Source of the DNA: Pseudogymnoascus verrucosus
Lineage: Eukaryota
Assembly (NCBI GenBank): GCA_001662655.1
Contig: KV460246.1
Reading direction: 5' to 3' (one strand)
Length of the DNA: 64,000 bases
The translations under genes were made by a program, and so were the position numbers. The notes beneath the pieces are model-generated. The model worked only from the letters and a program-made list of their open reading frames with translations, searched no databases and had not been told where the DNA came from. Positions 35,337-47,861 of the stretch are shown here, piece after piece. Position 1 is the stretch's first letter, and every line of letters begins with the position of its first letter.

Positions 35337-37077
35337 ATGGCCACATTTGTCGACGAAAAGGCCTCACCGGAGCCTGCCGCCACAAGTGATAACGATGGCC
35401 TGGAAGAGAACGCCACCGGAATTATCGAGGCTCCTGTCGCAAAAACAGCCGCAGACAAAGCACTCATTTTCAAGCAGGATTTGCGCATTGTACCTCTATC
35501 TGCGGGGATTTACCTGCTCTGCTACCTTGACAGATCAAATATTGGTAAAACATCCTCACTACCATCTTCTGATCATGTGCTGACTTCTGAAAGGCAATGC
35601 CAAAACATTGAATTCCAACGTCCACCATGATCTTCTTTCCGACACAGGAATGACTTCGTATCAGTTCACGTGAGTAGTTTAACCCTCCTCGATTTGATGA
35701 CTTGTCTCTAACAAGGCGAAAGAATCGCACTAATGGTCTTCCTTGTCGCCTATGCCGTTTTCGAAGTCCCATCCAACTACTTCTTGAAAAAGTTCAGCCC
35801 GAGCAAATGGATTGCCTTTCTCATGTTCTCCTGGGGAGTCATGACCGTTGGTCTCGGTGGAGCCCAATCATACGCCTCCGTCACTGCAGTGCGGTTCCTA
35901 CTCGGCGTTTTCGAAGCAGGTCTCTTCCCTGGATTAGTGTACTATCTGACCTTCTGGTATCGAACTGAAGAAAGATCGATGAGAGTTGCCATTATCCTAG
36001 CATCTGCAACCTTGGCTGGAGCCTTCGGTGGTGCATTGGCATATGGTATCGGCCACATGGATCAGGCTGGTGGTCTCTCCGCCTGGAGGTGGCTGTTTAT
36101 CATCGAGGGCATCCCGAGTGTTTTGTCCTCCGTAGCCGTCTTCTTCTTCCTGCCCGACTATCCCGAGACCGCTACATGGCTCACGGTCGAGGAACGTGCT
36201 CTTGCCGTTGAGCGCCTCCGTGTTGAAGGATCCCACAGTCACGGTGAGAGCTTGACTTGGGCTCAAGCTAAGTCTACATTGACCGACTGGCGCCTGTATG
36301 CTCATTTCGCGGTAAGAATTCTAATTCGCATCCTCTCGAATCGCTCTGACTGGAAGTAGATCTACTTCGGCATTTCTGTCCCATTCTCGTCACTATCTCT
36401 GTTTACGCCAAGTATTACCGCTGGACTGGGTTATGCCAACCTTGAGGCCCAGCTGATGACTGTGTCGCCATACGCTGTTGCTTGTAAGTCTCTTCTGCAT
36501 TTGGCAATCCACCCAAGAAACAGTAACTGACGGTTGATTCAGATGTCGTGACGATTTTCGTCTCATGGTCTGCCGACCATTACAACGCCCGCGGCCTCCA
36601 CACCGCTGGCGCTGCCCTCGTCGGCGCATGCGCTTTCATGGCTAGCGCTCTCCTCCCCGCCACTGCCTACCAAGTACGTGCCTGCCCAATTATAATAATA
36701 CCCCCATTCCAACCACCTAACCTCCAAACCAGAAACGGTACGGCTGCCTCATCGTCGCCTGTTCGGGAGCATTTGCCACCATCCCGCCCCTGCTTGGCTG
36801 GCTCTCCTCGAACGTACAAAGCACAGCCGCGACCGGTCTCGCCATCGCTCTCAACATCTCGTTTGGTGCTCCGGGTCAGATCACGGGGGTTTGGATCTAT
36901 ACTGCGGATGAGGCGAAAAGGGGGTATCCAACTGGTCACTGGGTTAATGCTGGGATGTTGTTCTTTGTTGCGGTGGGATCTGTGGCTCTTGGGCTTTACT
37001 ATAGGATGCTGAATCGCAGGATTTTGAAGAGGGGGGCTGTTGGTGGGCAGACTGTTGAGAAGTTGTATAGGTATTAG
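35337..37077 (+). CDS. MFS transporter, anion:cation symporter (Dal5/Tna1-like) family; multi-exon
   Basis: KQDLRIVP, YLDRSNIGNAK, FEVPSN, RFLLGVFEAGLFPG, LTFWY and WRWLFIIEG. Confidence 0.92.
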
Positions 37078-37229
37078 AATCAGAATTTGACTGATTCGAC
37101 AGATAGATAGCTCTCCATCCTTTTTGGGCGGATAGCTCTAACGATGTTAATGACTCCTACAAGAATATGGATCAGTGAAAGGAACTTTCTGCACAACCAC
37201 AACTTTCCCATTGACAAACCCCGTCACTA

Positions 37230-38165
37230 CGCACAGTCATTTGTGGATATCGCACAGAACTCGTCGAAGACGGGGCAGAAGATTGTTGTTGGGGTATATT
37301 TGAGGCTATCGCAAATATAGGTTGCACTGGGATTGGGCGGGGAGGAAGTTGTTGCTGACAGGAGGAAAGTGAGATAAGAAGAGGGGACTTTACCCGAAAG
37401 GGAATACCAGAAGTTTATTGAGAATGAACATCTCCCAGCTGCCGCTCCTCACACTCGTATTGGAATCGTGGAATGACGGATGCGTCGCCCAGACACAAAT
37501 ATATAAGTCTAACTACCCTCTGACTTGTCTCACAAGGCCACTGGATATCAAATCCTGCTTGAGATACCCGCAACTGTAGTTCAAGCCGTTATCAGCGGCA
37601 ATCATCCGGACATTGCTCAGCACCCCGATGTTCGAGCTTTCCAAGAATACCAGGTAGCAATCCAGAGATTCGTGATCCGGACGTGGAAATTCCTTTCGTT
37701 GTTGTTGCTTCTTGTCGGTGCTTCATTTGCTGCCAGGCTATTCTCACTGTCAGCTACTTACTATTACCACCAGCTGCTCCCACCACCTTTCAAGCCAACT
37801 GCGAGCCAAAGGCGAGTGTCACCGTTGATCACGCAGCGTAAATGAAAGCATGTATCTGTTGCCATCATCCAGGCAGTTTGAGCCGAGGAATACCGGCACA
37901 GATGGGGCGTTGCCAAAGAGTTTGAGTTCTAAGATATAAAGAGTCTCTAAAAATCCAGTCCGCGCACTCTTCTTCCGAGTCCAAAGCTTCCTTTGCCGTG
38001 ATATCATATTTTTTGTTTGAGAAATTTTTAATCAAACACTTCACTATACAAGTCCTTGCAACCTATCATATCACATCGAAGAAAAGTCAAATAAGTTTAT
38101 CTCATTCGTATCGCAATCATGAAGTAGAGGATGTGATCGCCAAAATGCAAGTACAGAAAGAGAAT
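37230..38165 (+). repeat. Degenerate direct duplicate of approx. 33855-34885 (SDR 3' end, F-box relic and flank)
   Basis: Collinear matches. gcacagtcatttgtggatatcgcacagaactcgtcgaagacggggcagaagattgttgttg matches the SDR penultimate exon. F-box relic at approx. 37835-37925. The block cacttcac...agtccttgc...cacatcgaagaaaag is present in both copies. Confidence 0.8.
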
Positions 38166-38795
38166 ATAACTCCCGTCTCCCTTCCATATCGTACACAGTC
38201 AAAATCAAATCCCCATACTCCAACTCTGCGGCAAAATCGCTAGCATCATAAAACCCCATCCAACCTTCCCACTTCCTCGATATCCCCAGCCTAGAATTTA
38301 GAAACACGGGTTCTGAGTTCGTTCGCACCATTCACCATCCCGTCTGTCTTCTACCACCTCCCAAAAACCATAGTAACAAAACCAACATGCTGAAGTTATT
38401 CAAGAAATACAGGACGAAGTGTCGATGCCAAGTAAAAAAGCAGACTGACGGGCACTACTGGCCACAACCAAAGTCGATGTAGGAGCAAGCAAGCCGGGAT
38501 ATCACGATCTCGGAGAGGGAAATCGTGATGGGATTAAGAGTGCGACACACCACATAACCCTCGATGGCGTATTGGCTAGGAAAGACATGCTCTTCTCGGA
38601 AGTCGGCTTCAGCGTTAAACCATATGAGCGCATGAGCAACCACCGGAACCATACAGCGAGCACCTGTGTGATGAACTTGGCCGAGGCTTGCGCGCTCAAA
38701 ACGATTGTTGCCGTTGATTGCCGTTGATTCTCGTTGTCATAGCTCTTATTATATTATCGTTGCTTCTTGTTCTCACCACTTTCTTCTCTTTGCCG

Positions 38796-40334
38796 TTACT
38801 TATTCCCGCTATCACCCCCTCCCGTCGCCACTACAGTCTTTGGCAATACCTGTACCCTCTCCCCCATTCTGTTGTGCACGCACATTTCGAAGCTCACCTC
38901 CTCATCCCACCCCCACCCTCTCTCTTTCACATATGAATTTTCTTGAAGGGACACTGCGCTGGCACTCACTCCCACCTCCTCGGCAAGGCTTATCAACTGC
39001 CCCACACGTCGGATACTCTCTTTGTCTGCAAATGGACCCTCGAATACCAGCTCATGTAGGTTGGGAATGCATTCCTTGTGACGAAGTAGTATTTCGAACG
39101 CCCTCTCCATCCCATCTTGCGCACCGAGGAACATATAACCTGCATGGGTAACGTATAGACTCTTCAGATTCGGAGGGAATGCCACCCGTAGAATATTTAA
39201 CATCTGGTCCTCCTCTAGAGACCCAGGCTCAATATAATCTATAAGGACCGTACGTCCGAAGAGGAAGACAGGAGCCACACGCAAGTGAGTGAGGGCAGTA
39301 AAGCCGACGAAAGAGAGTGGCTCGGCGCGGTCGCCGCTGTCGGCCTCCGGATAAAAGTAGAATGGATGTTCATCCTCGTGATCAATGGCAAGGCGACGGA
39401 GGGAGGTGGCGTGGATTGCAAATGCAGAGAGGATATCGCGCGTGCGAACAGTAGTTCTAGCATAAGGGTTTCCAATGTGGTATATAAGTGTTTGTAGGGA
39501 CTTCAGAGGTCTAAGTATGACATGGAGGTCATCATCGTGTAGTTTCGAGTGGCGGAGCTCCAACGTCTCGATTGTAGTGGCGCCAGTGAGCGTACGTAGC
39601 TGAGCTCGGTCATCCTCAACTCCAAGTCGGTTCCCGTAGAGCCTCTTAATCGATGGTAGTCTACAACATGCTGTGAAAAGAACATATTGCGCTGGATAAA
39701 TATCATCACTCCCGGTCAACATAATGTCCGTAAGACGGGCGAAAGGCGGGTCGGTGATAAATGGCGCCTGTGAGGAGGCAACCCTGTTGAAGGTGCGTGC
39801 AAGGAAGTTGAGCTGAAAGGTGGTGATTTCCAAGTCGAGCAGACGTAGGTTTGGTAAAGATATCAGTAGTAGTGACAAGATAGCATCGTCGACAGGTGCG
39901 TATTGAGATAGAACGGCTTCATTCCATTCTTCCTCTTCATCTTGTGAATGGGAAATTCTCTTAATAAGTCCCCTGAGGAGATCACTGCGCTCTACATGGT
40001 TGGGCCACGGCAGCCGTCTGTCGTCTTCCTCCTCGTTGTTAGGAGCAAACGTAAGATTCTCTTCATCGTGAAAATGCCCACGGAATGTGAACGTTCTGAC
40101 AAGAGACGCAATGTGCGGCTTTTGCAGAATAATAAACGCGAAGGGAAGCATATGCCTGATGCCACCGTCCGGGCAGTCTGAGTCCAGGAATATATGACGG
40201 TAAAGATGGGATGTCGCTAACGAGTTGTATTTCTTAGAAACTAGCGCAAGCTGGAACAGAGCTGAACGGGGCTCTATGGAGCTGACGATATTGTCTAGTA
40301 GCTCAACGCTCAGAGATTCCAGGGATGGAGCCAT
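38796..40334 (-). CDS. F-box-like / LRR (RNI-like) protein, intronless
   Basis: N-terminal LESLSVELLDNIVSSI...LFQLALVSKKYNSLATSHLYR F-box pattern, followed by LxxLxL repeats (LPNLRLLDL, LKSLQTL, LRRLAI, LTHLRV). Confidence 0.8.
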   Translation of the reverse strand: MAPSLESLSVELLDNIVSSIEPRSALFQLALVSKKYNSLATSHLYRHIFLDSDCPDGGIRHMLPFAFIILQKPHIASLVRTFTFRGHFHDEENLTFAPNNEEEDDRRLPWPNHVERSDLLRGLIKRISHSQDEEEEWNEAVLSQYAPVDDAILSLLLISLPNLRLLDLEITTFQLNFLARTFNRVASSQAPFITDPPFARLTDIMLTGSDDIYPAQYVLFTACCRLPSIKRLYGNRLGVEDDRAQLRTLTGATTIETLELRHSKLHDDDLHVILRPLKSLQTLIYHIGNPYARTTVRTRDILSAFAIHATSLRRLAIDHEDEHPFYFYPEADSGDRAEPLSFVGFTALTHLRVAPVFLFGRTVLIDYIEPGSLEEDQMLNILRVAFPPNLKSLYVTHAGYMFLGAQDGMERAFEILLRHKECIPNLHELVFEGPFADKESIRRVGQLISLAEEVGVSASAVSLQENSYVKERGWGWDEEVSFEMCVHNRMGERVQVLPKTVVATGGGDSGNK

Positions 40335-41231
40335 CTTAGACAGAGAATAGAGAGTCTTGGCTATGGTTGATAGCTGGGTTTGTATCGATCGGTTTGTGCT
40401 GATAGGTTGTAGGTTTAGTAGCGTATTCTGCTACTTAAATTTTGAGGATAGGATTGTAAATAGTAGCTAATTAGAGGTTCAGAGCATACTCTGCCGCTTG
40501 AGAGTTGGAACGGGGAGTGAATTATTACCCATTAGCGGCTCAGAGCAGCCTATAAATCCTATTGGTTCCCGAGCTGTCCACAGCAACTATAAATAGCTCA
40601 GAAACTATTAGAGTCATTCAATTCCTTAGTTACTAGGGATTTTAGGTAGTGGAATAGGATTTATAAGCTTTAACTACAGGTAGGAAGCCTTTGCCGGGTA
40701 TAGTCGATTTGGGGGATTTTAGCACAACCGCCAGTAACGAAGAATTAATACCAGCATTTAAGATTACAGAAATTATAATTTTGCTATTATTTTCAATAAC
40801 CATGGCAATACAACCCCGAGTAATAAAGATAGTTTATTTTTCTTATAGTTATTGTAAGTAGTGCTATCATGAACAATCTCCTCGGATTTTTTGAGCGGGA
40901 GGAGTACTGGTGGGGTCGCTCTGCCAAGAGTCCCCTGGGCCTTCCTTCCCGCGTTTGTGGTCCGTGCCCAGGCCGCCTTATGTGGCTGAGGGGCTGGTTT
41001 TGGAGGCACTGTGGCTTTAATACCAGACGACCCAAGCGTGCGTCGTATGCTGTCCTTTCTAGACATTTTTTGATTGCCATCCTCCGACGACAACGAAACA
41101 ACAATTTCCCGAGAATAATATTGGGAACACAACTTCGCACACCGATGATATCTCGCTGCCAGAAGAGACATTAGTCGCGTTATCGACAGAAACGACATTG
41201 GAAGCTGCGATACCTGCCGCTGGGCGCAAGG

Positions 41232-43255
41232 ATGCGTCTCTCCTCGATGCCGCTTGGGGGGCTAAGGGGCACAGGTCTATCGATATGCGCGATTCTATCA
41301 ATGCTGTCGCTGCCCTCAACAGCAGTGGCAGAAAAGTCAGCTGGGGATTACTTTGTTCATTCGTTGCCTGGGGCGCCAGAGGGCCCCTTGTTGAAGATGC
41401 ACGCTGGGTATGTCTCCCAAGGTGTCTGCCTACTTCGTTGCTAATTGTTCGCCTTGCAGCTTTGTTGAAGTCGACCCCGAACACAATGGCAATCTATTCT
41501 TTTGGCATTACCAAAACCGACACATTGCGAATAGGCAACGGACGGTGATCTGGCTCAATGGTGGCCCCGGGTGCAGTTCTGAGGACGGTGCTTTGATGGA
41601 AATTGGCCCTTACAGACTGAAGGACGATAAGACCCTCGAATACAATGAAGGATCTTGGGATGAGTTTGCAAATATTATGTTTGTCGATAACCCAGTGGGC
41701 ACAGGGTTCAGTTACGCCGATACGGACAGTTACGTCCAGAGCTTGCAGGAAATGGCAGATCAGTTTATTATCTTTCTGGAGAAGTGGTACAAGCTGTTTC
41801 CAGAGTATGAGCACGACGATGTAAGTTGATGACACTTTGCATGACTATTCAATGGGGGTTGGAGGCTAATAACAATAGCTATATATCGCTGGCGAGTCAT
41901 ACGCCGGTCAGCACATCCCATACATTGCCAAAGCTATCATGGACCGCAACAAGAAGTCTCCGGTTCACAAATGGATCCTCAAAGGATTGCTCATCGGAAA
42001 TGGCTGGATCTCGCCCATCGACCAATACCCGGCATACTTGTCCTATGCATACAAATCCGGCCTCATAACCGGAGGCACTGAGATTGCCAAACAAGTCGAG
42101 GCTCAGCAGAAAACCTGTATTGAGGCCCTCGACAAGAATGACGGCGCAAACCGCATCGACACAATGCAATGCGAGAGGATACTGCAGGAGATCCTGAGGT
42201 TAACCCAGGTCAAAGGCGCGAACGGCGAGATGGAATGCGTGAACATGTACGACATTCGCCTGAAAGACTCCTACCCAAGCTGTGGCATGAACTGGCCTCC
42301 GGACCTCAAGTACGTGGAGCCATACCTTGCTCGGCCAGACGTCCTCCAAGCGCTCAATATGGGCGAGATCCAGCAACCCGCCTGGACCGAATGCAACAGC
42401 GTTGTCGGCGGTGCCATCCGCCTCAAGGAATCCAAGCCATCCTACCAGATTCTACCAGAAATCCTCACCGAGGTCCCAATCGTCCTCTTCTCCGGCGAAC
42501 AGGACTTGATCTGCAACCACATTGGTACTGAGGACCTCATCAACAACATGGAATGGAACGGCGGCAAGGGCTTCGAAGTCTCCCCCGGCACGTGGGCTCC
42601 GCGTCGCTCCTGGACCTTTGAGGGCGAAACCGCGGGCTTCTACCAGGAGGCGCGCAACCTCACTTACGTCTTGTTCCACAACAGCAGCCACATGGTCCCC
42701 TTCGACTACGCACGCCGCACACGCGACATGCTCGACCGTTTCATGAAGGTCGACATTGCGAACATCGGCGGCAAACCCACCGATAGCCGCATCGACGGCG
42801 AGAAAGGCCTCGAGACGAGCGTTGGCGCACACCCGAACAGCACGCTCGCGCAGGAGACTGAGAAGGAGAAGCTCAACGCAGCGAAGTGGAGCGCGTACTA
42901 CAAGTCTGGCGAGGTGGCGCTGGTGGTCGTCGTGATTATGGCCGCGGCGTGGGGATGGTATATCTGGCGCGACAGGAGGAAGCGGGCTGGGTATACGGGG
43001 TTGTTTGGCGGGTCGATGGAGGGGAGCTCGGAGAGGTTGAGGGGCGCGATGGGGTTGGAAAATTCGAGGCATAAGAGGGCGGATGTGGAGACGGGGAGTT
43101 TTGAGGATGAGGAATTGGAGGAGCTGCATTTGAGACCGCCGGGGGAGAGGCATGCGACGGTTGAGGAGAGCTTTGATATGGGGAGTGATAGTGAGGATGA
43201 TGATGAGAGGGTCAATGGGAATGGTATGGATAAAGGGAAGGGGGTAGAGAAATGA
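41232..43255 (+). CDS. KEX1: Pheromone/killer-toxin processing serine carboxypeptidase Kex1; introns 41408-41459 and 41821-41878
   Basis: [24 protein letters not shown] and SHMVPFD. C-terminal TM helix and acidic cytosolic tail. Confidence 0.93.
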
Positions 43256-44357
43256 TGAAGGGCGAGTATTCATACGGATGTCAGAGCCGCATGTCCGAGC
43301 TACGAGTATTTTTTTTATCTGTTATATATCATGGCGGCGCGGAATGTACCACTACTTAGCATAGACCTTTCTTTAATGTGATATGATGAAATCCAGCGAA
43401 GAACATACACAGAAAAGTGGCCGGTAGAAAATATCTGGGGAGGAATTCGCCTCTCGCTACAAGACCAAAAACCCCCAAAAGGAGAACTGCAGCCAAATGT
43501 AGGTGCTGCTGAGTAGATCGTCCGACCGTTCAAACCGAAAATCCAGGCATTCACACGTGTTTCTACACGTCCCTACACACTACGTTTCCTCGTTCGATCT
43601 GTTCTCGCAGGAAACGTGGATATGTTCAATCAGGTCGGCTGGCGGTAGGAGGAAGGACGATAGTGAGGTGAAGCGACGGCGAAAAGATAACAACAACGAG
43701 AAGCAACGATAACAGCAGGAACTACGACAGTGAAACATCCAGGGCAAAATACTTAGTTCAGCTTGAGCATAGTGTCTGCGCGGTCGTCGTGGTCAACGGC
43801 TCCCACAACGCGATGTACATTCGGATATTTTCCAAAAGGTGACTGATGGACTCCTCCGTCAGCTTTCCTGTTTTTTTTTTATCTACGTATGGAAGAGAAG
43901 TCCACCCTTGGCGTCGGGTTTGCAGGTGAACTTCCTGGTGGCGGTGTTGGTAGTATACTATTTTGAAATTGGCATTTGGTCATCACGCCCTTCACGATGT
44001 GCACACAATAAGGGTGTGTGAGAGAAATAGTAGCTGTGGAAATGCTTAGAGGACGCATGTATATATGTCTATCAGGCCGACCCTCTTCACATGTGTTGTG
44101 CTTTCGATATCCAAGACAGCAGTTCAGTCTTCAGTACAAGTGAGCTCCCAAAGCTATCCAATGCATAGGTTACGGGGCCATAAATATACCAAGGCTACTT
44201 TAGTCCATGGGTCTCTGCTGCCTCTCAACATACCCTCTCCGTTGGCTTCGGCATTCGTAACTGACCCTTCTATATCCAATTGGGCCAACCTGGCCAATAA
44301 AAGCAGGCACGTGCCTATGATATCTAACTTGGAAATAGCATCATAGAGTTATATATC

Positions 44358-45144
44358 TCAAAAGAGATCTCCAAAGCCCTTTTCAGAATCTGCCTTGATC
44401 AGATCGATCATTCCCTAGGCATGGTCAGCTAGGTTCAGTGATAGCAACGAGAGGATAAGGCTGTCTCGACTTACCTCAGGCACCGTAATCTCTCCGTTCT
44501 TCCCCTTGACGTAGCGGAACGGCATTTCAACGCTCTCAACTCTGCTAACCTTGATCTCGGGGTTGTCTATCCATGGGATTTCCTCCAGAGGAGCTGCGCA
44601 GCAATCAGCAATTGATCTCGTCAACACGTGAACGAGTAGGACTTACTTCTATCTTGGGTAACGATTCTCGTCACTCTGACGGCAGTATCGGTAGTCATCT
44701 GCATAGCGCCCAAACGGCGTCCCTCAAACCCTTTTTTTCTGAGCTCAGAAGTCCGATCTCTTGGCGGATCGTCACCTTGTATAGTCAGTAACCTATCAAC
44801 CCCCACCAAAATCTAAATGTAGCCATACCGAGGATACCACCAAACAGAAACACATCAAACGTATCCCCATCCTCAGGAGCCAACTCCTTCGTCGCCGACG
44901 GATCCAAAAGACACACCCTGCTCTTCTCAGGGTACAGCTCCTCCACGCTCTCCGGCTTCGCCACAAACCCAGGCAGCGTTTTTAGCCGCTCCGGCAGCTC
45001 CAGTGATGCTGGGACTGACGTAAGGAAGAAGGATGCGCCGTTCTCGTGGGACTCCTTGGCAATGGTCATATACTCCAACTCTGACCAGGCGCCGAGCTCA
45101 TCGTCGAGGTGCTCGACGATGTACGTCTTTCCCGTGGACGCCAT
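44358..45144 (-). CDS. SFM1: SPOUT-family protein arginine methyltransferase Sfm1 (DUF431), 4 exons
   Basis: YIVEHLD...WSELEY, VCLLDP, FLFGGILGDDPPRDRTSELR, RRLGAMQMTTDTAVRVT and EMPFRYV. Confidence 0.92.
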
Positions 45145-46247
45145 TGGCGCGCGTATATAAGCAAGAGTGCTCGGGGTTTGGTTCCGAGGGTTTGGCGAGT
45201 GGTTTGCCTCGCGGGATTTATCTGCTAGAAATGGTAGGGCAGATGCAAAGGTGATGATGGCGGTGATGGTGGCAATTATGGCTTCAAATATATGAAAAAG
45301 CGTGCAAGTCCCGTGAGCTGAAGATTCTATGCTACTATGCAATCATTAGCCCGTGACAAAACGAATAGGTGAAATCCTGTCTGTTCAATGGGCAAACTGC
45401 ATGGGAGAGATAAAAATGCCTCTTACTCTTGATCCGGCTTCAAGCTAGAAGGTATTCCGTCCCGTTCCTTGCTCCTATTTTCCCTTAAACTTGATGTAAT
45501 CCCGCGTCAATGGGCTGTTCACTGAGCTTTTTTAGCAATATATCGGCAATTCGTCTCCACACAATGATCCCGCCTGGCTCACCAGCCTCAGTGGCTGAAT
45601 TTTTCCCCCTCCAACGGCGAGGGACCAAACCACCGGCAAACAACCCACTAACCACCGCCCACCACACTTTCCCATCCCACCAGCCAGTTAACTCCCAGTA
45701 ACGCCTCCCTGTCCCCCATCAACCACCCACTTACACCACTCCCACTCCCACTTCCACCACTCCCACCCACTCCCGAGAGAGCCCAAACGTCTCGACTTTA
45801 ACCCCTCTTCTACTTCCATCCTCATGCATAACGAACCAAAAAGTCATACAAAACCTCCCACCTCATCTATATCTCCAAAACTCCATTTAAATTCTCCGAA
45901 TAAAAAGAGGTTTCCGGTCACTTAAGCCCAAAATTCCCATTGTTTCACTTTGAAGCGAAATCACGCCAGAAATAGACCCCTTCGTACTCTCTATCATTTC
46001 ATTCTGCTACAAACTTGGGCACTAATCCCTGGTTGGTGGCCGAGCGATTTGTTTGGACGGGACCATCCATCATCGTCAACGACTCCACAACAACCGACAG
46101 GGCATCGAAGTGTCGTAACACCCAATCCGACTTACAAAACAAATTTGGCCTGCAACTAAAACAAGTAAACCGTTATAAATCAGTCATCTGAACCCCTTCG
46201 ATATCCTCTGCTCCGATAAACCAACTCGCAACGAACAAACAGCAGCC

Positions 46248-46847
46248 ATGAATCCCCACCAGAAGAACAAAGTCGACATCGCCGTAAGTTCACCCCGCTA
46301 CAATCGACAAACAACACCCCACCTCACCACACAATCCATACTCCCTCACCTCCCTCACCTCCCTCACCCCACTCACTCTCCTCACTTTGCGGTATACATC
46401 CACTAACACTCCCTCCCTCTCCAGTCCCTCACCCCCGACGAGCAACGCCTCTTCCGCCTCTACGGCAAGCTCCCCTCCAAAGCCGACCACCTCGCCAAGC
46501 AACTCAAAGAGCGCAAATACTTCGACAGCGGCGACTACGCGCTCTCCAAAGCCGGCAAGGCCTCCAGCGTCGACACCGGCAGCGTCGGCTCCGAGCACCC
46601 CCTCCCGGAGAACATCCCGCACCTCACGTCCCCCGGCGTCAGTGGTGTGAATGGCGGGTCGGGAAATGGGAATGTGCAGATGGGTGTTGCGGGGGGGTTG
46701 GCGAGCGGGAGCCCGGTGAAGGAGAGTAGTTTCTTGAATAGGGAGACTAGTGTTGATGATGCGGAGGGGAAGGAGAATTTGCCGAGGGGGCAGACGAAGA
46801 GTGTTTCGCCGCCGATGGAGGGGGAGGGGATCCCGATTAGGGGATGA
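46248..46847 (+). CDS. IGO1: Endosulfine / Igo1-family PP2A inhibitor; one intron approx. 46284-46423
   Basis: RLYGKLP...KERKYFDSGDYAL, the Greatwall/Rim15 phosphorylation motif. Confidence 0.92.
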
Positions 46848-47861
46848 GCTGGGAAGTCCGTTGATGAGAAGAGTGGTGTGAATGATGGGCTGAGGAGGGA
46901 TTTCACCTGTAACTTGGTCCTGAAGCCTGGATTACCAGATCCGAAGCAAAAGAATTGGCGAACGGAACAAACCAAAAAAAACACACACACAAAGTCGAGA
47001 CGGGGGAAGCAGTGTGGTCGGGGAAGGGGGGACGTCATTTGTAAACTCGCCGGTTTTTTACGGGTTCCGAAAGCCTTTTTTGTTTGTTTGTGGAAATGAT
47101 GGATGGATGAATAGTTGCGGAATGGAAATGATGCGAGGGATGGATTGGGAGGAAGGGAAGGGAGGAACGGCGGGGCGTAGTCTGGAGTTCTTTACGCAGA
47201 CCGCGATGACGGCTGCTGCTGCTGTGTCTACTTGATTCATGATGACTTTACTTTTGCTTTTCGCGCCATTACTGGCTCTTTTTCTGACTTCACTCACTCT
47301 TTCTTTTTTCCTTGTATATCGGTTTTACCCCGTCGCCAGGTGACAAGAAACACACACGCATGGCAAGACACGGGCTTCAGAAAGCTTTGTAATGGCTTTT
47401 TCCTTTCTACTTGCCTGAATGAGAACTTCAACGGTTGGTTTTACAATGTTTTGAATTATGGGGGGGTTTTCATGCGTTGTCGCGTGTTCAGCGGGTCGGA
47501 TTGGGTGGGCGTTAGTTTATAGTCACAAGACTGAATTCATGCAACGAAACGAACGGGTCTTCTTAGTCGCGAAATAAACAGGGTGTTATTAATGTGCTAG
47601 TACTCTATGGGACTGCGATGATCGCTGTAATGCTCTACTAAATGTGAACCTTCAATATGGGGGGTCAAAGTATTTCGTCGCGATTTTGGGGCTTCGTTTT
47701 TATGATGAACTATCAAGAGTTCTACTTTTTGCCAGAGCCCAACGCCATACAATAATTATATCCCAAACGCCCCTCAACCCATGATTGTTTTGATACGTTA
47801 TATAGCTTTTTAACCCCATAGCATCAACTACACCACCCCCTCCATTTCCCCATCCCCACAT

